Source: Carpediemonas membranifera BICM (taxonomy: Eukaryota; Protista; Fornicata). Taken from it: 64,000 nt of DNA. Positions 50,683 through 62,000 of the stretch are shown here, one piece after another. Position 1 is the first letter of the stretch. Each line of letters opens with the position of its first letter. Under the pieces are notes generated by a model that saw nothing but the letters and a program-made list of their open reading frames with translations, was not told the origin of the DNA and searched no databases. A program made the position numbers and the translations under genes. The stretch lies in contig JAHDYR010000053.1 of assembly GCA_019828565.1 (NCBI GenBank), forward strand, positions 594,214-658,213. The letters are read 5' to 3'.

Positions 50683-51096
50683 ATGGCTATGATCAAACCA
50701 CCTTTCTATTGCAAGAACCAAGAGGAGACCGTCTCCGACGAGGAAGCGCACTCGGCTGCCGTGAACCAGGCGAAAGCCCGTGCCATGGCTCCGGTTCAGC
50801 AGAGCATCTTCCTTTTGGTCATATACTTCATGATTCGCCCCGGTTCTGTGAGTCTTTACTCGATCTACATGGTGATCAATCAGGTCCAGATGGCCTTCAA
50901 GTCAATGGTCGGTGTTCGCTCCCAGTTCAAGACCATTGCGCTTCCTATGAAGGAGCTGCTGCCATACATGCTGGCCTACGTCGGGCTGAATATTGGCAAG
51001 ATCATTTTCGTTCTTTTCCGCCTGTACCAAGCCCTTTCCTCTGTTGCTGGTGGTTCTCCCCCAGCTCTTTCCCCGGTGCCTCTGGGGTTCGTATAG
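50683..51096 (+). CDS. EMC4: ER membrane protein complex subunit 4-like (EMC4/DUF1077)
   Basis: PP.Y N-terminus, 'AMAPVQQ..LLVIYFM..GSVSLYSIYMV', F, then second TM; size fits. Confidence 0.62.
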   Translation: MAMIKPPFYCKNQEETVSDEEAHSAAVNQAKARAMAPVQQSIFLLVIYFMIRPGSVSLYSIYMVINQVQMAFKSMVGVRSQFKTIALPMKELLPYMLAYVGLNIGKIIFVLFRLYQALSSVAGGSPPALSPVPLGFV

Positions 51097-51282
51097 GTTG
51101 CTTGAGTGAATAGTAAAAGCCGCTTTTGCCTCTGTTTCGACCGAACGTGTCATTCAACATCTTGCAGAGCGGCGGCGCCAGAATCGGCATGTTATACCAA
51201 TCAGAACACGGAAGGCGCGATGCTTGAGAGCTCTTGGCTGCTCGACTCGTCGTGCGAGTCACCACCAGTACCGACGAAAAGC

Positions 51283-53943
51283 ATGGCGGACAAGCTCGAG
51301 TTCGTCGGCCCTAATCACCAGCTCGCGGATGTATTGGCCCAATGCAACAAGACTCCCGGGCTGAAGGAGCTCGCAATCACAGGCTGCGGATTCTCGGTGC
51401 CAATTACCGAATTTCTCGCAATATCCACACTCAAGACGCTCACTATCCAGTACTGCAAGGCAGATTTGTCCACGAATGCTGGTTCCGCTGCTCCTGTTGC
51501 TCGTTTGACTTCTCTTGTGCTCAACAGCGCCGAGCTAGACAAGAATCCAAGCAGCCTCCTCCAGCTCTCTTCCTCTCCCGCCCTCGCCACCCTCAAGACA
51601 CTCGACATCACAGGCAACTCCCTTGGCGACACTGTCCTGGCCGACCTGGCCGCCGTCCTACCGTCATCCCTCACCCACTTTTCCATGGGAATGAACGAAC
51701 TCACCACCGTTGCCCCTCTCGCCGAGTGCAGCGGTCTGACGCACCTCAACATCAGAGCCAACCGTCTCACATCATCTGATTCAATCGCCAGGCTAGTATC
51801 CAGAGATTTGAGCAAGATTGTATCTATTTCAGCCGGCTGCCAGCTTGGACCCACCCCCCTCGACCCGACTCACTTATTTGATTCAATCAACTCATCCACA
51901 GTCGAATCCCTTGATTTACAAGGCTGCACCATCCCCCAGAGCTCGGTCGCCGCACTCGCCCGTGCCCTCGGTCCGAACGGCGCCAAGAGGCTCAAGACGC
52001 TGCTGCTGCACCCTGTTGAATGCGACACGAAGAGTTCAGACTGGGTGGAGCTCGCTGCCACACTCCGTCGCCGACCTGATCTGGGTAGGAGCCTCGCGAA
52101 GGTCGTTCCTGAATTCGCCCGACGCGAAGCAGAGAATGACACCGAGAAGGCCCTGCAGAAGGCGATTGACGAGCTTGCTCTGCGGGTTGAGGCTGTCGAG
52201 GCGCAGCAGGAGATAATCAACAAGACATCCTCGGATCTGATGGATCTGGCACAATCTGTGCCGTCACTGGGCGATATTCGAGATATGGTGGAGACAATCG
52301 TTGCTGAGAAGGCTGAGAAGCTTGTCCAAGCACGTATCAACGCCATCCAGGATCAGGTGTCATCGGTGGTCGGTCAGGTCGAGATTCTCCAAACCCGCGA
52401 GATCCCGGAGATTCCCGAATCCACACTAGATATGACTGAGATCAACCAGGTCATAGATACGAAACTATCCTCACTTCCGGACTTTGGAGTCATGCAGTCG
52501 ACCTTGAAGTCGATGCTCGGTCGACTCAGCCGAGTCGAGGACACTGCGGCGTCGACCGTGACTAGGACAAAGGAGCTTGCCGCGACTGCCGGGGAGACTC
52601 ACGCCGGGCTTGACAGAGAGGCGGTAACTGTGCTGGTCAAGGAGATGCTGCCAGATACAGCCGAATATCGCGATATTTTGGATTCAGTCATGGATCGGAT
52701 TAGATCGTCAGAATCCGAGCTTATGGAGATCGGATCCCGCATTGAGGAGATTGACGCCCGGACCAAGAGGCCCTCTGCCCCTGCTACTCCGGCCTTGACC
52801 AAGCAGGATGTCGACACTCTCGTGAGGGCGGTGATCGCTGAGGAGGTCGGCAAGGCTGCCTCTGCCCGCCATGAAGAGGATGAGGCCCAGTCCCGCAGGC
52901 TTGCTGAGCTCGAGGCGGCCCAGCAGCGCGAACAGGCGATGCGTGAGGCTGCCGCTGCACAGAAGGCGCAGCTTATGGCCGAGCACACGCAGGCACCCTC
53001 GCCTACGGCCTCGGCCCACTCCCATGCCCGGCTCAGACCCCTGAGTCACGCCGAGTCGCCCCTGACTCCGGATGCTGAGTCACCAGTCGCATCATCGCCC
53101 GCATACACCCCCCCTGCCGATTCTATCAAGCCGCAGTCGGCAGCGCTCAAGCAGCCCCTGGCTGAGTCTCGAACCCTCACCCAGCCCACAGCTCCGGAAG
53201 CCTCGCCCTCGCCCGTGGGTCAGGTGACTCGCCCGACTGTCTCAATCTCGGCCCAGCCATCGCACGTGCAGAGACCCAGCGCCAAGGACCTCTTTGCCCG
53301 GATGAGGGAGGACGCCATCAGCAGGTCCGCCCCTGCATCAGCCACGGCTGAGTCCGCTGTCAAGTTCCCGACTCATAACGAGCAGTTTAAGGTCATGCCG
53401 GAAAGTGAGCAAATGAAGCAGGCCGAGCCCCAGGTCCAGCCCCAGGCTGTCCAGATCCACCCTCGGCGCCCCATTCCCGTGGAACCGGACTCCAGTCAGA
53501 CTGCCTCCCCCGCCCCATCCGTGGTTCGACCCGACATGGCTGCCCGACTCAGCGCCCAGTCGACCGAGAACTATAGGGACTACAGTTCCATGGCCCAGGC
53601 CGAGGTGCAGCCTAAGGCTCAGTATGGCGCCGCCCAGGGCATGAGCGAGGTGCAGCGGCCATATGTCACTCAGACCCAGCCGGCCCGCCAGCCACAGTAC
53701 TCTGCCCAGCAGCCCCATGCCCAGGCCCAGGCCCAGAGGTCTCGCCCCCAGTCGGTCACCTCAGTCGGCCACGGCCACGCTGCCGTCCGCCCCACCTCAC
53801 TGGGCATGTCACCAGTTCCGGTCAAGCCGGCCTTCACCCCTGGTCTGGTGGCTGAATGGGGCACCGAGTTCGAGTCCGACATGGGCCAGCTGGAGGAGAG
53901 CATACGGATGCTGAAGAGGACGCTGGCTGGGGATGTCATGTGA
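51283..53943 (+). CDS. LRR protein with coiled coil and low-complexity tail
   Basis: LKTLDITGNSL, LTHFSMGMNEL, LTHLNIRANRL, VESLDLQGC; AGTAAA at stop. Confidence 0.85.
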   Translation: MADKLEFVGPNHQLADVLAQCNKTPGLKELAITGCGFSVPITEFLAISTLKTLTIQYCKADLSTNAGSAAPVARLTSLVLNSAELDKNPSSLLQLSSSPALATLKTLDITGNSLGDTVLADLAAVLPSSLTHFSMGMNELTTVAPLAECSGLTHLNIRANRLTSSDSIARLVSRDLSKIVSISAGCQLGPTPLDPTHLFDSINSSTVESLDLQGCTIPQSSVAALARALGPNGAKRLKTLLLHPVECDTKSSDWVELAATLRRRPDLGRSLAKVVPEFARREAENDTEKALQKAIDELALRVEAVEAQQEIINKTSSDLMDLAQSVPSLGDIRDMVETIVAEKAEKLVQARINAIQDQVSSVVGQVEILQTREIPEIPESTLDMTEINQVIDTKLSSLPDFGVMQSTLKSMLGRLSRVEDTAASTVTRTKELAATAGETHAGLDREAVTVLVKEMLPDTAEYRDILDSVMDRIRSSESELMEIGSRIEEIDARTKRPSAPATPALTKQDVDTLVRAVIAEEVGKAASARHEEDEAQSRRLAELEAAQQREQAMREAAAAQKAQLMAEHTQAPSPTASAHSHARLRPLSHAESPLTPDAESPVASSPAYTPPADSIKPQSAALKQPLAESRTLTQPTAPEASPSPVGQVTRPTVSISAQPSHVQRPSAKDLFARMREDAISRSAPASATAESAVKFPTHNEQFKVMPESEQMKQAEPQVQPQAVQIHPRRPIPVEPDSSQTASPAPSVVRPDMAARLSAQSTENYRDYSSMAQAEVQPKAQYGAAQGMSEVQRPYVTQTQPARQPQYSAQQPHAQAQAQRSRPQSVTSVGHGHAAVRPTSLGMSPVPVKPAFTPGLVAEWGTEFESDMGQLEESIRMLKRTLAGDVM

Positions 53944-54017
53944 GTAAATGCGATGGCGTGACTCATGCCGGAAGGAATCGGTTCGACTGATCAGTTGTTA
54001 ACACATTTATCACAGCA

Positions 54018-55232
54018 TTAAGCCAGCAGTGCCAGGGCGAGGATGATGGCGAGGAGGCTGGCGCGGATCCAGGCGGCAGAGTCTGCGAAGTGGAAATCAA
54101 TGGTGGTCGTCACAGAGTTGTCAGTCTCGCCGCCCTTGAAGGCCATCTCCACAAGGAAGTCCTCGTAGACGCCCATAAGGAACTTCATCGCGGTACTCGT
54201 CTGGAAGTTGTAGTTGACGGACCCAGAAACAGAGTCGGCGATAGGGGTGAGGTCGGGCTCGGCGAGGCTGGAAGTGTAGGTGACTGTCACATCGGGGAAT
54301 TCCCCAACGGTGGTCGATTTCGTAATAGCAACGACGTTGTTGAGCTGGTCGTCGTTGATCTCGACACCGCAGCCACCGGACGTCACGTTGAACCAGTCGT
54401 CGTGGGTCCAGACCCAGGAGGTCGAGCTGGCCTCGTAGTCGATGAAGCCGTAGTGGACGTTGGAGCTATCACCGTCACCACCCTTGATGGCGATGAGGCG
54501 GCTGTCGAGGTCGGTGATGCTGAGAGAGTCGAACTCGTCCGTGGTGATGTTGGACACGATGGCCGTGAACCCAGTGTCGACGCTCGTCACGACAACCTGG
54601 GATGCATCATTAGTGCCAACGACAATTAGGGAGACGCCGTTCAGGTTGTAGGGGAGAATGTCAGTGTAGGTGGCGCCAGAGGTGCCCAGGGTGATGTTGG
54701 CCTGGAGCTCGAGGTTGAGGTTGTACTTGAGGATCTCCAGCTGGGTGCAGACGTAGAGGTAGTTATCGAGGCAGAACATGGGCATCTCGCCGGGGCGGGA
54801 AGCGATGGTCGTTTCAGCAAGCTTGGTGCCGACATAGTTGTGAGAGCTGATCTTGTCCTCAACTGCGCGCAAGAAGATGTGAGGCGTGGCCGCAGCCTTG
54901 TCGGACTTCATGTTGAAGCCACCGGTGAAGGGCGAGAAGACGTCGCTCATGGTGAAGGTGTGATCGACATCTTGCTCCTTGGTTTTGCCCGAATCGAGGT
55001 CATCGGCATTGACATGCCAGAAGGAGAATGTAACGGAATTGTTGGCCACTGTGCGGATAGAATCCATCATTTCAAGCCTCTTGTGCTTGTCTTGAAGGTA
55101 CATGTAGCCGAACTCATCTTCATATGCGTCAGCGTCGGCCTGATACATGGTTACCTGGGCCGTCCGGAAGGCCATAACCATTGCAAGTAGCAGTAACAGG
55201 CAAAGGGCGTTTCTTGCCATCATTGTCTTCAT
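54018..55232 (-). CDS. Secreted, probably GPI-anchored surface protein
   Basis: Signal peptide ALCLLLLLAMVMA; acidic Thr/Ser-rich beta-type body; hydrophobic C-terminus LLAIILALALLA* with no cytosolic tail. Confidence 0.8.
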   Translation of the reverse strand: MKTMMARNALCLLLLLAMVMAFRTAQVTMYQADADAYEDEFGYMYLQDKHKRLEMMDSIRTVANNSVTFSFWHVNADDLDSGKTKEQDVDHTFTMSDVFSPFTGGFNMKSDKAAATPHIFLRAVEDKISSHNYVGTKLAETTIASRPGEMPMFCLDNYLYVCTQLEILKYNLNLELQANITLGTSGATYTDILPYNLNGVSLIVVGTNDASQVVVTSVDTGFTAIVSNITTDEFDSLSITDLDSRLIAIKGGDGDSSNVHYGFIDYEASSTSWVWTHDDWFNVTSGGCGVEINDDQLNNVVAITKSTTVGEFPDVTVTYTSSLAEPDLTPIADSVSGSVNYNFQTSTAMKFLMGVYEDFLVEMAFKGGETDNSVTTTIDFHFADSAAWIRASLLAIILALALLA

Positions 55233-55697
55233 CTTGTGTTTTGTGGTCGAAAAAAATGAGGAGAAAAAATCAGAATCTCCCGTTCCGGAGATCAAGAATC
55301 TGCGAGAATCAATTATCTATCTATTATAAATTATAAACGCGTCTCCCAGTGATCTAACTCCGCAAACATGCCCGCCCAGTCGTCCTTTACTTTTTACCGT
55401 CCGGGCCAATAGTACATCGTCTGGGTCCGCGAAAGCTCACAATAATGCTGGTGTCTCAGTTTTGCCTGCTTCTATTGTGCTCTCTGACCAGAGAGCTATG
55501 CACTAGTGACATAATCACACCCGAGCTGCGTGAGGCCTGCCTGGCGACACCTGGGACTACCAGAACGCTACCATGCATTAAAAGAGCGCAAAAGGCATGA
55601 CGAGGGGAATTGGTCCAGTAGCTATCAGTGTCGGAGTCTCACATTAACGGATGATGTCGCGTTGAGAATGCGCAGTTTAGGGCGAAATCTCGGGAAC

Positions 55698-57059
55698 ATG
55701 TCGTCAAAAATGCGGAACCAAGGCGTTCCCTTGATACAACGACTTCATCATGAAGCTGATTTCCGTGATATTGATCGTGCGAAGAAGAAGCATCTTCAAG
55801 AGCTTCAGGAAGCAAAATCCTGCTCTTTCAAGCCTCAAATCAACCAGAAATCGGCCCGTATTCTCAAAAACAGACCCGCTGGAAGAGACTATAGACCTAT
55901 TCATGAGCGCATCGATTCAATAGCCAAAGCAAAGGCCACCAAGCTTGCACGGCTGAAGACGGAGCAGATGAACAGCAGTGATAACACCTTCTCCCCAACC
56001 ATCACGGCCAAGTCCAAGGTCATCGCTGAGCGCATAGATAAGACGGGTGATGGCCTACGCACCACCTCCAGGGCCCAAGCTGCACGGCCGATGTCTGCCC
56101 CGAAGAACGAATTCACGTATCACCCCAAGCTCAACAGGAAGAGCGCCGAGATCGTGAAGCACTCGCGCCTCTTCAGCTCGGACAGTGACTTTCTTTCACG
56201 CCAGTCAGTCTTCGAGATGCGTCGCGAGAGGAACAAACGCGAGCTCCAGCAGCTTACGACCCCCCGCCCCGGGTCAGCCAAGCCTCGTACGTCCGCAGAG
56301 ATCGCACAGGTCACTGAACGACTTTACAACACCCAACCCAAGCGGGGGGAGCAGCCGTGGGTCGGGCAGGGGGGCTACACCTTCCAGCCGGAGATCAACC
56401 CAACCTCCAGGGCCATCGGGCGGACCTCGACCGTCGAAGAGCTTGTCTCAGACGACCGCACTCGGATGCGCCGGGAGATGGCGAGAAAGATGGCGGACAA
56501 GGCGTTTGCTGAGGCCCATACCTTCAAGCCCGAGCGAGTGTCAAAGGTTGATTCGGAGTCACATTACGACTTCAAACATCCGGAGAGGATCTTGACTCAG
56601 ATTGAGTCAGATGAGGTCGACCGCTCTGTGAGGCAGCAGCAGTTGAAGCACGTCGTCTCGGCCGAGGAGGTCATAGGCTGCACATTCAAGCCGACCATTC
56701 GGTCGGCCCCCGCCGTGACAGCAGACCCCATCGTCGTCCGCGGGCTGGGTCGGTTCCTCGAGCTCAAGGACATTGCCCGTCGCAACAAGGAGGAGAAGCA
56801 ACAGCTCGAGGACCGCGCTTTCCACGCCAACCCCACCGCCCACAGAGACCTGCCGTACACCGTCCCAGAGCCCTTCGCACTCTCCACAGACCCAGGCCAG
56901 ACTGAGCGCCAGCGTCGTGTGCTCGAGGACGCTCGGGCTCGAGAGATGGCTGAGTGCACCTTCCAGCCCAACGGGGGGCGGGTCAAGCAGGGAGATATCC
57001 TCAATGCGATCATCAATGACTTTAGCGATGACGAAGATGACTGGGATGATGATATTTGA
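55698..57059 (+). CDS. Protein with 7 (C/Y)TF.P repeats, probably cytoskeletal
   Basis: CSFKPQIN, TFSPTI, TYHPKLN, YTFQPEIN, HTFKP, CTFKPTI, CTFQP; TVPEPF motif. Confidence 0.75.
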   Translation: MSSKMRNQGVPLIQRLHHEADFRDIDRAKKKHLQELQEAKSCSFKPQINQKSARILKNRPAGRDYRPIHERIDSIAKAKATKLARLKTEQMNSSDNTFSPTITAKSKVIAERIDKTGDGLRTTSRAQAARPMSAPKNEFTYHPKLNRKSAEIVKHSRLFSSDSDFLSRQSVFEMRRERNKRELQQLTTPRPGSAKPRTSAEIAQVTERLYNTQPKRGEQPWVGQGGYTFQPEINPTSRAIGRTSTVEELVSDDRTRMRREMARKMADKAFAEAHTFKPERVSKVDSESHYDFKHPERILTQIESDEVDRSVRQQQLKHVVSAEEVIGCTFKPTIRSAPAVTADPIVVRGLGRFLELKDIARRNKEEKQQLEDRAFHANPTAHRDLPYTVPEPFALSTDPGQTERQRRVLEDARAREMAECTFQPNGGRVKQGDILNAIINDFSDDEDDWDDDI

Positions 57060-57376
57060 GCCATGAAACATTAGAGATGATTGTCACTGACGGCAGGTGC
57101 CGACTATTTAGTAAAATGCGCTATGAGTTGGCTAGGGTCGCAGTGACACCTGGGCTTGCAATCATGGTGATGCTGTGGTCGTCCATGCGTTTCATCGCCC
57201 AATGCCTGGTCAAGTCGCTCAGTCTGGACGCTGCTGTTCGCGCGGCGACCGCCGGAGGTCGATGTTGCTGATACAAACGGTATGTCTGGTGCCGCGGGAT
57301 ATGGCTGACTCCGCAGTTTGCGGTCGCCGAGTCGTCAGTCATAAGTTTGCAACCACCGAACCGAGCGCTGAAACCG

Positions 57377-59041
57377 ATGAGCGGCGCTGATTCCTCGCTA
57401 TCGGGCGTTAGAAATGCGCTCGTCTCCGCATTCCGCGCCTCGCTCATCATAACGGCCTTCATCCCCGGGGACATACCCTCGTTGCTCCTGCACGCCTATT
57501 CCAGTCATTTTGGCGTGCAAATTCCCACGATTCACGACGCAGTGACCACAGATACACCAACCAGCGCCGCATCGCTCGATTCCCTCATCGCCACGCTCTC
57601 AGCGATCCCCCCTCTCGAGCCAGCCGCTCAACGCCTCCTCGACCGCGCCCGCTCGATCCTCACCAGCGGCCCCCCGCTGTCCATGAACGTCGAGCTGGTG
57701 GCGGGGCAGGACATCCCGGTCGCCCTGCACACGCTCAACCAGGGCGCGGTGTGGGCGTGTCTGCTGGGTGGCGGGGCCAACCCAGACCTCGAGGACAGGG
57801 TGCTGGAACAGGCCCGAGAGGAGCGGCCAGACTGGTACGAGATGCACTGCAAGATCCGTAACGCTTTCATCCCCGAGGCCAAGTGCCTCTGGTTCCTCTG
57901 TCGCAAGTTCTTCTTCTCGCAGAACGTCGCTGAGAAGGACGGTGAGAGCTATCAATACAATATGTTTAATCGAGCTTATCACCACCGCATGTACATGGGC
58001 CGACTCTTCATGCTCGACACGAGGCACTACACCGCCCTCACAAGGGCCAGGATGCCCAGGGCCCTCGAGATCTACACCGGCAAATTTACCCACATCGCCA
58101 GGACGCCCAAGGGTCTGTGGGGTTGGGGCGAGAGCTACTTGGGTCAGCTGGGATTTGAGGCCCGAACTCACAGGCTCGTAACCCCAACTCGCCTCACCTT
58201 CTCAGCCTGCCCCAAGGCCGCTGAGCTCGAGGCCAGCCTGCCCGTATGGGAGAAGCACAGGATGGTGATCGATGTGTCGATGGATGAAGCTCGAACCTTT
58301 ATACTCACCCCAGTCGACGCTGTCATGAGTGGATATGGTGCAAAGTGGTTTGTCGGGCATGGCGCGAACAGCTGCCTCCTCAACGTAATCGCTGTGACCA
58401 ATGGGTTTGTCCCGGATCACATCATGCGTGAAGGCGAGACAGTCATCCTCTCCAAAGGCGATCGGCAGGTGATCAGCGGATTGAACAGGCATGGCCAGCT
58501 GGGGCTCGGGCACACAAATGAGATGACTGGATTCGAGGAGCTTCCCTTCAGGGTCGACCAAATTATTGCGTCAGACGATGAGTTTACTGTCTTTCTCAGT
58601 GGTTGTCAGCTTGTGTTTGCTGGTGTAGTTCTAAGTCATATCGCACAGTCGGGCCTGCTGCCAGACTTCCTCGAGGACGACAAGTGCCTCACACCCACCC
58701 CGCTCCGGTTCCAAGAGAGGGTCAAGGGGTTTCATTGTGACTACTTGGTTATCGTCTGGGTCACTGAGGGCCTCACCCACCTGTTCCACTTCGGGAGACG
58801 GATCTGCGTGCCCTTTGAGGCAACAGCAGTATGGGCCACAGCCGACGAAGAAGAAGAAATTGTCACTGTCTCGTTCCGCGACTCCACCGGCCAGTGGTTC
58901 ATGCCGAGTAGTGTGTCAGATGGGGGCTCTGAGACGGGCGAGTGCGAGCCGACTCCCCTTGCTGTGAGAGAGATCGCCCATGTCATCAATGCTGGGAGAC
59001 CGGCAAGCTCGTCGTGCGTAAGCTCATATAATACAACATGA
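57377..59041 (+). CDS. RCC1/BLIP-II-like repeat protein (divergent)
   Basis: GLWGWGESYLGQLG and SGLNRHGQLGLGH motifs. Confidence 0.75.
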   Translation: MSGADSSLSGVRNALVSAFRASLIITAFIPGDIPSLLLHAYSSHFGVQIPTIHDAVTTDTPTSAASLDSLIATLSAIPPLEPAAQRLLDRARSILTSGPPLSMNVELVAGQDIPVALHTLNQGAVWACLLGGGANPDLEDRVLEQAREERPDWYEMHCKIRNAFIPEAKCLWFLCRKFFFSQNVAEKDGESYQYNMFNRAYHHRMYMGRLFMLDTRHYTALTRARMPRALEIYTGKFTHIARTPKGLWGWGESYLGQLGFEARTHRLVTPTRLTFSACPKAAELEASLPVWEKHRMVIDVSMDEARTFILTPVDAVMSGYGAKWFVGHGANSCLLNVIAVTNGFVPDHIMREGETVILSKGDRQVISGLNRHGQLGLGHTNEMTGFEELPFRVDQIIASDDEFTVFLSGCQLVFAGVVLSHIAQSGLLPDFLEDDKCLTPTPLRFQERVKGFHCDYLVIVWVTEGLTHLFHFGRRICVPFEATAVWATADEEEEIVTVSFRDSTGQWFMPSSVSDGGSETGECEPTPLAVREIAHVINAGRPASSSCVSSYNTT

Positions 59042-59094
59042 GCAAAGACACCAGCCATTTATGGCAAGTTATTTTCCGTACATATTGTTACATT

Positions 59095-62000
59095 CTAGGC
59101 CATCTCATCATCATCAGGGAAATACTCCAAGAAGTCAGCGACAAGCTTCGGCTCGACCTGCTCTCGGGGCACTGACTGGAAAATCAAGTCAAAGCAACGT
59201 CTCGTGCGAGACATGCGGACAATGGCACGGAAGAAATAAAGGAAATAGAAGACCGCGAGCAGACAAACGAAGAAGACGAAAAAGAGCATGATATTCGTCT
59301 GAGTAGTTGAGATGAGCGTGGTGAACCTGTTGCGGAGGAAACCCTGGTTCAGGAACATCCCGCCGCTCATGTCTAGTACCGCCGTCGTGTTCAGGAAGGT
59401 CTGGCCGCTCCCCATGATCATACCAGCTCTCATCTCATCCTCGGCGATCATAGCATACGACATGTACGTCTCGGCCAAAGCAAGCAGGCCCTGCCGTGCC
59501 TCAGGGGTACGGGAGTCGACACATGCGTCTGGCCGGATCCTCAGACATTGTTTGGAATGAAGCACATTGTCGATGTCCGTCTGATGGTAGCCTGATGTCC
59601 AGTGATCTTGGGCTAGGACTGCCAGTAGTCTCGTGGCAAGTGTCCGAGTGAGACTGTCTTGGTTGTCCCATGCACTGTCGATGATCTCAAGATCCGAGTC
59701 AAGGCCGGTTAGATACGGGATAAGATCTGTCAGATATACCATATCTGCATCGAATAATCCGACTGCAGCGTCCAGACTGGTGGGTGCAGTTGTGTCATCC
59801 CATGTGGATGCCGCACACGCCTGGTTGAGGTGGGCCAGCAGCAAGAGGGAACGGTATTGGACGAAGATGCTGCTCGCCGTCTGCGTAATATCGCCAGTTT
59901 GATAAAGAGCATATCCTGTCATAGCAATGAAGATGACGCCGAATGAAACGAGCCATACTGCGAGCATGGGCACCTGTCTAAGGGCGTAGGCCACCCTGAT
60001 GCTACCACTGTTGATTCTCACGGCAACAGCGCTCGTGGGTGGATTTCCATCAGCCCCTGCGACCATGGACGCGACAGTGGCGAGTTGTTTGATCGGGGTG
60101 AGCAGGCTGGAGGCCGAGTCGCGGCGGGTGGCCTCGGCGGCCTGCGTGAGGCTCGGGTTCTGGGAGTCTGCCTTCGTCGGAGTGGACGGGGCCTGCAGCA
60201 AGAGCGAGGATCCCGAGTGCTTTCGACCACTATCACTGGAGAAGGAGATCTGCAGCCGCTGGATGTGCTCGGCGCTGAGCTTTGCCCCGCTGCTGCTCGC
60301 TCCCATTCCCGGGACGGGGCTGCGGCCTCGGGGCGGGTGGAAGTGGCACTGGTCGCTGGCAGAGTCGTAGTCCGAGTACCCGGAGTCCTCTGTCGACTCA
60401 GTGAGAGTCGTATTGCCACGAAGCTCGGCATCGCCGTCGGCCAGGTCGAAGGACTCAACCTCTGCCACGATCTCGGCCTCAGGCTCACCGTCATCGCCCA
60501 GGAAGGAAGGTACAGGATCAGGCCGATCGCCCAGAGATGGCCCAGTCACCCTCAGGGCACGCGACACAGACTTGGCGTCGACCACGTCATCGCTGTCGTC
60601 ACTGTCTGGGCCCATAGCGTATGAGGCGCCGAGACGCGTGGGAGTGATGGGGCTAAGAGGGTGGGTGGCGTACGGGTGGGTTTGGGCGATCTTCTCGCGG
60701 TCGGCGATTCTCATCTTGATGGAGACACGCTTGTTGTGGGACTTTTCGTACTTGAGGATGAATCTATCGACCGTAGTGAGTGACAAACGGGTAAACAGTC
60801 CGACCAGATGGGCGTTGAAGCTGACATCCTTCGCTAGCGGCACAATATACAGCCCGACGGACACAAACAGGAACAGAGACAGGAAAAGAACGAACACCAC
60901 AGTGAATATGGCAGTCTCGAGCACGGGGAAGAGCTGTGACTTCTGGTACACCGCATCAGCCACCTCAAACAGGCCGTAGATCACACTAGTAGCCAACGTG
61001 TGCTCGAAGCCCAGCAGTTCATCCGTGTGATCGGCTGTGCAGTCGGACACGGGGTCAGCAGCACCAGCATCGAGCTGCGTCTTGATGCAGTAGACAAGAG
61101 ACTCGGCGGCATAGATGGCACGCGATACAAAGGAGTAGAGAGAGTCAGTCGAGTTGGAGTCGGGTATGGAGTTGACAAAGTTGGTCACAGTGATCTCCGT
61201 ATCTGCTAACAAAGATTCGAGATTGTATACGTATCTTGTAGCAAGAGATACCATCTGGTTGACCGCTTCAGTTGTCAAAGCGAGGCTGACTCCATCAAAC
61301 GGTTCATACGGGTTGTCCTGCACATCGTCCCAGCTTTCGTGGAAGTATACGTCGAGCAGCGTCTTATAAGTGCCCAAGCCTGTGAGGATATAGTCCTCTG
61401 GGAGTTCCATCGTCATTGTTTTCCATATTGGACCGGCCGTCTGTACTGCTGCGGCGAGGGTCATGGGGCTTCCAGCCGATCTAAGGGTGGAGTAGCCGAG
61501 GCCGAGTAGTTGGATGCCTGTGGCGACGCCAGACGAGATGATAAGTTGCCATGATATGAACCGGCACATCTGGAGGGCAATGGCGACCATGAGGATGCTC
61601 GACCCGAAGAGAGCGGCGATGAGCATCACAGAGACGAGCGCCCTGATGTGGAGAGAGATGAACGACGTCGACCGGCGGGCGAGGTCGAACATGGCGATCT
61701 TGGGCGTCTTCCTGCGGCGTCTGATGTCACCGTGTTCGTTTCCCCGGACGACCTCGAGCTCATCGGCCTGCCCCTCGAGCGCGTTGATGTACTCGCGGAC
61801 GACCTCGTGTCGGTTGACCAGCCCGACGTACTGAATATACGACCGCAGCAGTCGGGGTGTGGGGTCCCGAAGCATGCGGGCGTACAGCTTCTCTGTGGCG
61901 GCCATCATGCCCTGGATCTTCTGAACGCTGCTGACGAACCCGTTGAGCCGCCTCAGGCTGATGCGGTGTGCCCTCTGGGCGGCTACCTGGATCCAGAAGG

